From Eledone cirrhosa (lineage: Eukaryota), in assembly GCA_964016885.1 (NCBI GenBank), contig CAXHJY010001075.1, forward strand, positions 1 to 58,751: a stretch of 58,751 nt of DNA, read 5' to 3'. The notes beneath the pieces are model-generated. The model saw only the letters and a program-made list of their open reading frames with translations. It did not search any database and was not told the DNA's origin. The translations under genes were made by a program, and so were the position numbers. The first letter of the stretch is position 1. Every line of letters begins with the position of its first letter. This document shows, piece after piece, positions 15,574 to 27,900 of this stretch.

Positions 15574-15855
15574 ATAAATATATATATATATATATATAAT
15601 AAATAGATATATATATATATATATATAATAAATATATATATATATATAATAAATATATATATATATATATATAATAAATATATATATATATATATATATA
15701 ATAAATATATATATATATATATATAATAAATATATATATATATATATATATAATAAATATATATATATATATAATAAATATATATATATATATATATAAT
15801 AAATATATATATATATATATATATAATAAATATATATATATATAATAAATATATT
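15105..15855. repeat. (TA)n array punctuated by TAATAAA
   Basis: Higher-order TA repeat; short unique insert at 15200-15270. Confidence 0.9.
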
Positions 15856-16264
15856 CATTTAAATTATTGACGTATTGTTTTATTGATATTTTTTATCTGT
15901 TTGGCCCGAATCTTCCTTTATCGATTTTAAATCGTATGGTTGATTGTAGACTTGTTCTATATGTGACGGTATTTTAACGATAGTTATAGCTCTGATTCAT
16001 CTGAATTATTGAGCCCTCTGCCGCTCATATCGAATTTCGTTTATCGTGAACTCGTGCGCCGATTTTTCGATACTCGATCTTTCTAATATATATATATATA
16101 TATATATTGGATTAAATGCTCTGAAATAGCGATATATATGTGAAGATAGACATAGAATATTCGAAAATATTCTGTATGTTTATAATAAACATTTTGAAGA
16201 CCTAATCGCTATAGAATAGAATACGTCACGTATTACAATTAGATTCTCGATAAAAGCAAGGGAG

Positions 16265-16927
16265 GTAACCTACGCGTTTCATTCTTATTAGAAATCTTCA
16301 GGATTACATATCCAGTGCTTTTATCGAGAATGACACACCTAGAGACTTATAGAATACTTAGCTGTGTACAGGAACTGGCTTGAAAGAGCGGTTGCCGGTC
16401 CGGCAGAAATTAGAAATTGGATTAAATGCTCTGAAATAGCGATATATATGTGAAGATAGACATAGAATATTCGAAAATATTCTGTATGTTTATAATAAAC
16501 ATTTTGAAGACCTAATCGCTATAGAATAGAATACGTCACGTATTACAATTAGATTCTCGATAAAAGCAAGGGAAGTAACCTACGCGTTTCATTCTTATTA
16601 GAAATCTTCAGGATTACATATCCAGTGCTTTTATCGAGAATGACACAGCTAGAGACTTATAGAATACTTAGCTGTGTACAGGAACTGGTTTGAAAGAGCG
16701 GTTGCCGGTCCGGCAGAAATTAGAAATTGGATTAAATGCTCTGAAATAGCGATATATATGTGAAGATAGACATAGAATATTCGAAAATATTCTGTATGTT
16801 TATAATAAACATTTTGAAGACCTAATCGCTATAGAATAGAATACGTCACGTATTACAATTAGGTTCTCGATAAAAGCAAGGGAAGTAACCTACGCGTTTC
16901 ATTCTTATTAGAAATCTTCAGGATTAC
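16265..16927 (-). ncRNA. Three type I HHRs (16265-16307, 16575-16617, 16885-16927)
   Basis: Reverse complement of gtaatc-CTGAAGA-tttct(aata)agaat-GAAAC-gcgTA-ggttac. Confidence 0.9.
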
Positions 16928-17166
16928 ATATCCAGTGCTTTTATCGAGTGCTTTTATCGAAATTTTATCGAATGCTTTTATCGAGTGCTTTTATCGAAAT
17001 TTTATCGAAATTTCAGGATTACATATCCAGTGCTTTTATCCAGTGCTTTTATCGAAATTTCTAATTTCTGCCGGACCGGTAACCGCTCTTTCAAACCAGT
17101 TCCTGTACACAGCTAAGTATTCTATAAGTCTCTAGCTGTGTCATTCTCGATAAAAGCACTGGATAT

Positions 17167-19068
17167 GTAATCCTGAAGATTTCTAATAAGAATGAAACGC
17201 GTAGGTTACTTCCCTTGCTTTTATCGAGAATCTAATTGTAATACGTGACGTATTCTATTCTATAGCGATTATGTCTTCAAAATGTTTATTATAAACATAC
17301 AGAATATTTTCGAATATTCTATGTCTATCTTCACATATATATCGCTATTTCAGAGCATTTAATCCAATTTCTAATTTCTGCCGGACCGGCAACCGCTCTT
17401 TCAAACCAGTTCCTGTACACAGCTAAGTATTCTATAAGTCTCTAGCTGCGTCATTCTCGATAAAAGCACTGGATATGTAATCCTGAAGATTTCTAATAAG
17501 AATGAAACGCGTAGGTTACTTCCCTTGCTTTTATCGAGAATCTAATTGTAATACGTGACGTATTCTATTCTATAGCGATTAGGTCTTCAAAATGTTTATT
17601 ATAAACATACAGAATATTTTCGAATATTCTATGTCTATCTTCACATATATATCGCTATTTCAGAGCATTTAATACAATTTCGAATTTCTGCCGGCCGGCA
17701 ACCGCTCATTCAAACCAGTTCCTGTACACAGCTAAGTATTCTATAAGTCTCTAGCTGTGTCATTCTCGATAAAAGCACTGGATATGTAATCCTGAAGATT
17801 TCTAATAAGAATGAAACGCGTAGGTTACTTCCCTTGCTTTTATCGAGAATCTAATTGTAATACGTGACGTATTCTATTCTATAGCGATTAGGTCTTCAAA
17901 ATGTTTATTATAAACATACAGAATATTTTCGAATATTCTATGTCTATCTTCACATATATATCGCTATTTCAGAGCATTTAATCCAATTTCTAATTTCTGC
18001 CGGACCGGCAACCGCTCTTTCAAACCAGTTCCTGTACACAGCTAAGTATTCTATAAGTCTCTAGCTGTGTCATTCTCGATAAAAGCACTGGATATGTAAT
18101 CCTGAAGATTTCTAATAAGAATGAAACGCGTAGGTTACTTCCCTTGCTTTTATCGAGAATCTAATTGTAATACGTGACGTATTCTATTCTATAGCGATTA
18201 GGTCTTCAAAATGTTTATTATAAACATACAGAATATTTTCGAATATTCTATGTCTATCTTCACATATATATCGCTATTTCAGAGCATTTAATCCAATTTC
18301 TAATTTCTGCCGGACCGGCAACCGCTCTTTCAAACCAGTTCCTGTACACAGCTAAGTATTCTATAAGTCTCTAGGTGTGTCATTCTCGATAAAAGCACTG
18401 GATATGTAATCCTGAAGATTTCTAATAAGAATGAAACGCGTAGGTTACTTCCCTTGCTTTTATCGAGAATCTAATTGTATTACGTGACGTATTCTATTCT
18501 ATAGCGATTAGGTCTTCAAAATGTTTATTATAAACATACAGAATATTTTCGAATATTCTATTTCTATCTTCACATGTATATCGCTATTTCAGAGCATTTA
18601 ATCCAATTTCTAATTTCTGCCGGACCGGCAACCGCTCTTTCAAACCAGTTCCTGTACACAGCTAAGTATTCTATAAGTCTCTAGCTGTGTCATTCTCAAT
18701 AAAAGCACTGGATATGTAATCCTGAAGATTTCTAATAAGAATGAAACGCGTAGGTTACTTCCCTTGCTTTTATCGAGAATCTAATTGTAATACGTGACGT
18801 ATTCTATTCTATAGCGATTAGGTCTTCAAAATGTTTATTATAAACATACAGAATATTTTCGAATATTCTATGTCTATCTTCACATATATATCGCTATTTC
18901 AGAGCATTTAATCCAATTTCTAATTTCTGCCGGACCGGCAACCGCTCTTTCAAACCAGTTCCTGTACACAGCTAAGTATTCTATAAGTCTCTAGCTGTGT
19001 CATTCTCGATAAAAGCACTGGATATGTAATCCTGAAGATTTCTAATAAGAATGAAACGCGTAGGTTAC
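17167..19068 (+). ncRNA. Seven type I HHRs (starting 17167, 17477, 17786, 18096, 18406, 18716, 19026; 43 nt each)
   Basis: gtaatc-CTGAAGA-tttct(aata)agaat-GAAAC-gcgTA-ggttac; palindromic stem III ACGCGT. Confidence 0.92.
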
Positions 19069-19188
19069 TTCCCTTGCTTTTATCGAGAATCTAATTGTAA
19101 TACGTGACGTATTCTATTCTATAGCGATTAGGTCTTCAAAATGTTTATTATAAACATACAGAATATTTTCGAATATTCTATGTCTATC

Positions 19189-19244
<56 letters not shown>

Positions 19245-19246
<2 letters not shown>

Positions 19247-19436
19247 AAGTTACATTTAAAATTGTTGGGTTACAACTAGTAAATATTTATAACTGATATA
19301 AAAGCACTCGACAAATATTTGGAGTATATTTACAATATTAAATAAATGGAAAACTATATTTATAAAACCATATTTATTTCATTATATATAATGAAATAAA
19401 TATGGTTTTATAAATATAGTTTTCCATTTATTTAAT

Positions 19437-19442
<6 letters not shown>
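19245..19442. repeat. PLE pseudo-LTR fragment ending in a 112-bp palindrome (19331-19442)
   Basis: Arms match the sequence downstream of the HHR at 52057-52105 and 31154-31200. Confidence 0.8.
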
Positions 19443-21247
<1,805 letters not shown>

Positions 21248-21253
<6 letters not shown>

Positions 21254-24200
21254 TAGCCCGGCTTTGCTCGAGTTTATTCATTTGCTATAAAAAGTTACAT
21301 ACAGGTAAACATTTCTTGAAAGCGAATAAGTTATCAATTATGTGCATAAATCAGTTGAACCGGTTATTAAAAGTTACGAACCAATTAGCATTTTGGACAA
21401 TCAAAGATGGGTTAATAATCTTCCAATAGCGAATTTCGCAGAACAAAGTTGCAAGATGGTGGCCCTGATGCTCTCTTCCGCACCCCGTTACAATGGTGGC
21501 CTCAATCAAGTGGGGTGTCAGTGACTTGACGACCATGCGAGTACCGTTGCACTGCTTTGGTGGACGCAAGTTCCTTATTAGCATAATGGGGCAGCCAACC
21601 CTAAGCTTAATAATGTGAGGTTGGAGCCCTGGGGTCTCAAGGGAATTTAATAGTTCAACCAGATAATTAACGATATCGTCGGGGTCTGACGTCCGGTCGA
21701 TAGATTTGAAGATGTGCTCTTTTTCGGGAATCTTCTCAATCAGCTGCTCGTTAATAAAATTAACCATGGTATTTTTCGGAGCAAGGATGGCTCTTTCGCT
21801 GAGCTAATCGAAGTTTTTAAAGTTAGATGAGACATCAGGAAAAACTGCTTCCCAAAGGTCAGAAGGGCTGCTCACAATGTTGCACAGGGAGTTGATTGCT
21901 ATGCCGCCCTTGTCATCCGCAGGGACCTTTCCCTCACCAAGTGCTAAAATGTTCTGAGCAAATGCTGCAGACATGTTGTCACTTTGTGCTCAGGTACAAA
22001 TTCTTCACCTGGGGCCACAACGTGGACGACTTAAAGCAGGCAAGCACTTCATCAGCTATTGTCCCTTTGGGGATTACAGGCAGCGTTTGCCGAAAATCGC
22101 CTGATAGCAGAAGGGTTACGCCACCCATCGGAGCCTTAGAATCTTTAATGTCTTTCCGGGTCCTGTCCAATGCCTCAAGGGCACCCGTGTGTGTCATTGT
22201 GCACTCATCCCAAACAATGAGGCAACATTTTTTGAGAACCAGAGATTCGTGTGAGCTCTTGCTGATATTGCATGTTGTTGTCTCAGTTTTTACTAAATCC
22301 AAGGGGAGTTTAAAGGTTGAATGTGATGTCCTGTCTCTCGGCAGCAAAGTAGCAGCGATCCCGGACGATGCAACGGCCAACGCAATTTTTTTCTCCTGAC
22401 GAATCTTAGCGGGAATCAATTTTGTTACAAAAGTTTTTCCGGTACCCCCAGGAGCATCGAGAAAGTAAATACCCCCAGTCTGATTTTGAACCGCGTCAAT
22501 GATAGATAAATAGGCCAACCTTTGGTCCGACAGACGTTTGGGCTCATTTTCCTCTAAGTATTGGGCAAGAGATTCGATGTCATATGCAGTTTCCCGCAAC
22601 AAATCCGGGGCCAACGTATTAGCTTCATCTGTGACGGTTAAAGGCAAGTCATACGACGCCAACTCACACCCACCCATGTCGGGGAGGGCGTCCTCGATAT
22701 CAATGAGTGTCCTGTTGTAGATAATGCCGCTGTAAGCAACTTCCACTGAAGTATACTGCAGATGAACCAGGAGCCGGAAATCCTCAGACATGAAGTTTCT
22801 GTACTTGACCCACAAAGATTTGGGATCACCCAATTCATACTTTAGAAGCAAAATGGCAAAGAGTTCCCGTAGACCTTTAGGTGATTTCAACAAAGCACCC
22901 TCTGCTAAAGTGGAATCCCATTGCGAATCATCTTCTAAAAGACCACGCTTAAAGCAGGCTTCCCGGTACGTATCACATATTTCTCCATCAACAGTTTTGA
23001 GGTCCTGAAAACTTTGTGGGCCTACAACTTCATGCAGAAGAAGGCGGAGATGAAAGTATTCATGCTGACTTGGAGGCACAGTGTAAACCCTTCCAAGACA
23101 GCTGTCAAATTTTACACCGGGATGTCTTTCAACAGCCTGACATGACTTTCTTCGCACCCAAGCGTTTTTCGACCATATAAAGTCAGATGGAACCTGGGGG
23201 TACACAATTGTTTGCGAAAATGTATCGAACTGGCAAAGTTTGAAGAAACCTGTCAGAGTGGTCTCTTTCGGATCGGCGGCCAGCTTGGCGGCGGTTTGGT
23301 CCGTAATGTAAACCCTTTGCCCATTTTCCAAATGTACCGCAAATAGGCGCCAAAAAGATTCATTGCTACTGATGTACCGCCCCGCCAGGTATTCTGTGAA
23401 CTCATCAGAGCCCTTATTTACATATTTGCATATGTATTTTATAGACTTGACGGAGTTGCAAAACTCAACGTTGATGTGGGCGTTGAACATCTTCAAGAGA
23501 AGCGGGCAGTAAGGGACCACCTATCTATTGTCGACTTGACCTCCCTTTACTGTTGTGGTGAAGTCACAGTTCTCGGGCAGTCTCCACCTGTACAGGGGGT
23601 ACCCATCGCCACCAGTCTGATTCTCGTCAACACATTTTTGGGGGTATCCCTTACTGCACGACCCCCTTTTAGATACGTGTGATGCTCATTAGGACCCGAC
23701 GCACACGGACCATGTTAGCTTTGACGATGTCATGTAATTCCTGGTCAGTTGCTGGGTTAGGGATTTCAGCCGAAATGAAGCTGTCTATGGCATTTGAATT
23801 GATTTTATCAGCTAACCAAATCAAAATGTGAGCATGTGGCAGCCCTCGTTTTTGCCATTCGACGGTGAACATGACTTCTTTTTATTAAAGCCAGTTTCAA
23901 TCTGAACGCTCTGGCAATGAGGTCATGTCTGTTCGAATAATTTGGCCCAGGAAAAAAGTTCACGGGTTACATTCCGATTCAAATGTCTATACCATTAATC
24001 TGTTATATGAAGTGTTATTTTGCGGGTTGTTATTTGCAATAAGCCGATTGAAAATGCCCTAGATAAGCTGTATGTCAATACGGAACGCTCCACTGCAGTG
24101 TTGTCATATAGGGAGTGAAGAGCGACAGAGAGAGTAAAGCAGTTAAATTATAGAGAGGGGGAATATACGGAACGCTCCATTTGATCATATACATTGTTTC

Positions 24201-24981
24201 TCTCTCTGGCAGTGTGGTCATATAGGGAGTGAAGGGCGACAGAGAAAGTAAAACAGTTAAATTATAGAGAGGTCGTTATTGTTACGTTTGTTGTTTTATA
24301 AATTCGTTTGTTGCTTTTGAATATTTGTTATTTGATGTAAAATGTAACGTTGAGAGAGCAGTATGTATTTCGTGTTATCGGCTTTTTAAATTTTGATATT
24401 TGATGTATGAGTATCGTTATGACTGTAGAGAGGGGGAATAATCTATTGTAGAGAGAGGGAAGAGCGACGGAGAGAGTAAAGCTATGGCTGTTGTGTTGCT
24501 TAGGTTTCAAAGTTTGTGTCGCGTTCCTTCAAAAGAAGTTTTGTCGTTCTAAATTGTAATGTTGATAGGGTAGTAGACGGAGGCAGTAACCTTTTAAAGA
24601 GAGTTGCAGGGAAGATTGAGGGAGGGAGTAGAGAGAGTGAAGAAGCTTTTAAAGAGAGTTGCAGAGGATATTGGGAGTGGAGTAGAGGAAAATATGAACC
24701 TTTTAAAGAGAGTTGCAACATGTATGTAGTTTCATATATTGTTGATGGTATTAGTGAGAGGAAGGAAAAGTGTAAGAGAGAGGGTTACAGCATGTATTTA
24801 GTTTTATCGATTTCTTTCATAGAAACAGGACATCTTTGGCAAAAATAATTACGTGTTGACCTGTCCTCGTAAATTTGGAGGACATTGGAACGAATTGATC
24901 AAAATCAGTAGAGAAATGTGGAAATGCATAAATATCATACACACACACATACAGACATCTACCGTTTTATATATATAGAGA
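21248..24981 (-). mobile_element. Decayed, internally deleted Helitron (Rep-helicase pseudogene ~21420-23875)
   Basis: VEWQKRGLPHAHILIWL (HUH motif), KYICKYVNKG, DAPGGTGKT, DECTM, GDFRQTLPV, CNGTR; 5' TCTCTATATATATAAAACGG at 24981; 3' hairpin ctcgagcaaagccggg then CTA at ~21250. Confidence 0.9.
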
Positions 24982-27900
24982 TAAAACGGTAGATGTCTGT
25001 CTGTGTGTATGATTTTTATGTATTTCCACATTTCACTACCGATTTTGATGATTCTTTTTCAATGTGCTCCAAATTTACCAGGATAGGTCAACACGTAATT
25101 ACTTTTGCCACAAATTTCCAGCTTCTATGAAATAAATCGATAAAACTAAATACATGCTTAACCCTCTCTCTTACACGCTTCATTCCTCTCACTACCCTCA
25201 ATCTCCTCCGCAACTCTCTTTAAAAGGTTACTGCCTCTGTCTCTGAAAGAACGCGACACAAACTTTGATAACCCTCTCTCTTACACGCTTCATTCCTCTC
25301 ACTACCTTCAATCTCCACCGCAACTCTCTTTAAAAGGTTACTGCCTCCGTCTCCATTACAGTTTAGAACTAGATAAATCTTCTCTCTCTATAATAGATCA
25401 TTCAACCTCTTCGTTCGTCATACACCAAATATCAAAATTTAAAAAGCCGATAACACTAAATACATACTGCTCTCTCAACGTTACATTTTACATCAAATAA
25501 CAAATATTCAAAAGCAACAGATGAATTTATAAAACAACAAACGTAATAACGACGCTTAAGCGTTCATTTATTTGAATCTCAACAAAGACATTATATTTTA
25601 TTGTCCTTTTTGTAATTTTTCTTTCTTTGCTTTTCTCAATATGAGACAAAAAATTATTGAGAAAACTTTTTTAACGATTCGATGATTTATTTTCCAGTGT
25701 GCTCCAAAATAACACCCTATTTACGCTCTTTTGTGCTATAACTCAGGTTACAGGTTTGACATATTTGCCGTGCATTCTTCGTAGATCTTATTTAGTACTA
25801 ACTTTCCACTTACTCATCGTTCAATAGAAAATGTTGGCTACTCCCCCTTTCATGCACCATTACCTGCATAAATATTTACGTGTTCGGTCCGGCTACAATA
25901 TAGTACTCACTTTAAACTAATTCAAAGTTAATTTGAAAATGTTCGCTACCAAACACATTCTTTGAATCTACGGTCATGCCACCCAAAAAATGACCACGAC
26001 TTAGTCGCCAACCTAAAGCTGCTTCTGCTGCCAAACTAAGAAGAGCTACAGAGTTGTCCGTAGAAAAATTGACTAGGTTGTCACAAAATGCAACTCGAAA
26101 TGCAATTATCCGGATGACTGAGACAGAAAAAAAAGAGGAGTTTCCGCCTTTACGGAAATGCATTGGTAATTGCAGTTGCACGTGCAGCGCAAACTGGTGA
26201 ACAACGTTCTCGACGACGAAGCAAAAATGCGGCCTCCACCGCTGCGGGACGTGACGGTGAGGACGAAGAACACCGTTACAGTCGACGACGAAGAGATGAC
26301 GCCTCAACTGCTGCGTCACGTGCTGCCGAGGACGAAGGGCAGCGTTCTAGACGTCAACGTACGGACGCTGCTTCAACAGCTTCCGTTCGCGCATCAGATA
26401 CTGCGCAAATTCAATTACAAAGGCTAAACGCCAACGCACTCCGCAGAGGATCAGTTGCACTCAGTGGTCTCATAAGGCTTTCCAATATGACCCAACAGTA
26501 AACTATGCACTGATGCCAGAAGTTCAGATTGGATCCATGTCTGTCATTTGCCAATATTGTCGTGCAGATAAATGGCCTGGGGCGACTTCAGGGATGTGCT
26601 GCTCTGACGGCAAAGTGAAACTGCCTCCTCTACAAGAACCACCACAACCTTTGAAGTCTCTACTGACCGGTGCCACAGCGGAGTCGGAACACTTCCTTCG
26701 ATGTTCCAGGAGATACAACGCTGCCTTCGAAATGACCTCTTTCGGAGCTAACATCATACGGGAGGACGGCTTCATGCCTACCTTTAAAGTTCAAGGACAA
26801 ATTTACCACAAATTTACCACAAATTTACCACAAATTTACCACAATCGGTTCGCTACTGCCCACGACAGACGGACAGTCACAGTTCCTACAGCTATACGTT
26901 GTCAATGACTATTTGGACCAAGCTGAACGACGCGCTTCAATTTCGCCTGGCACAGACATGAAAATTCTGTTGCAACTCCAGAGAATGCTGCACGAAAACA
27001 ACAACTACATTCGCAGTTTTAAATGCGCATTGGAGGCTGCTCCGTTGCCAAATTTTGCTGTTATAATCGACGCTGACAGGAAACCACCAGACACCCAGAC
27101 CAGACGTTTTAACACTCCCACGTGCAATGAAATAGCTGTGCTTCTTCATGGAGAACAGTACAACAAGCGGGACATCATACTTCAGTGTAGGGACAATTGT
27201 CTGCAACGGATCAGCGAGACGCATAGGTCCTACGACGCATTCCAATATCCCTTACTTTTCCTATTTGGTGACGACGGATACCACTTTCGAATTCCTTTGT
27301 GCAACAGCAACAAAACTGTTTCGTCTATGCAATTCTACACCTACCGATTCATGGTCCGCGAATGCTGCTTTAACCAACTCCACCGTACAAGAGTACTCTT
27401 CAACCAGCTTGCTGTAGACGCGCGTGCAAAGATGGAATCTGGAAGGCTGTGCTACATAAGGAACAATCAAGCATGCCTTCGTTTTCGGACAGCTACATTC
27501 ACTTACGGGATAGAGTAAGGAATGACGTCAAGCCCGAGAATCTAGGAAATCATTGTATCCTTCCGTCGACCTTCATTGGGAGTCCCCGATACATGATTGA
27601 ACGCACACAGGATGCTATGACGTAGGTGCGTGTCTACGGCAGACCGGATCTCTTCATCACTTCAACATTCAATCCTAAGTGGAATGAAATTACCGCGGAA
27701 TTATTCCCCGGACAAAGGGCGTCATCCAGCATGACGGCACGAGTCTTTCACTTGAAGTTGACAAAACTTATTGAACTCCTAAAATCAGGCAAGGCCTTCG
27801 GACATGTTAGGTACTACGTATACACCGTTGAGTGGCAAAAGAGAGGCCTGCCACACGCCCACCTACTCATTTGGCTGATAACGAACATCAACGCAAGCAG

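Larger units (their letters stand above)
16106..19192. mobile_element. Retrozyme-like tandem array, 310-bp unit: ~2.7 units on the minus strand, then ~6.9 units on the plus strand
   Basis: Period 310 (one 309); HHR in every unit; orientation switches at ~16930-17050; flanked by (TA)n. Confidence 0.93.

Noticed and set aside
16106-19192. CRISPR array or simple satellite
   Set aside because: No unique spacers and eukaryotic context; every unit carries a hammerhead, so a retrozyme interpretation fits better.
21896-22399. Plus-strand ORFs over the minus-strand Helitron, and antisense ORFs over the LINE
   Set aside because: Shadow frames of transposon coding sequence.
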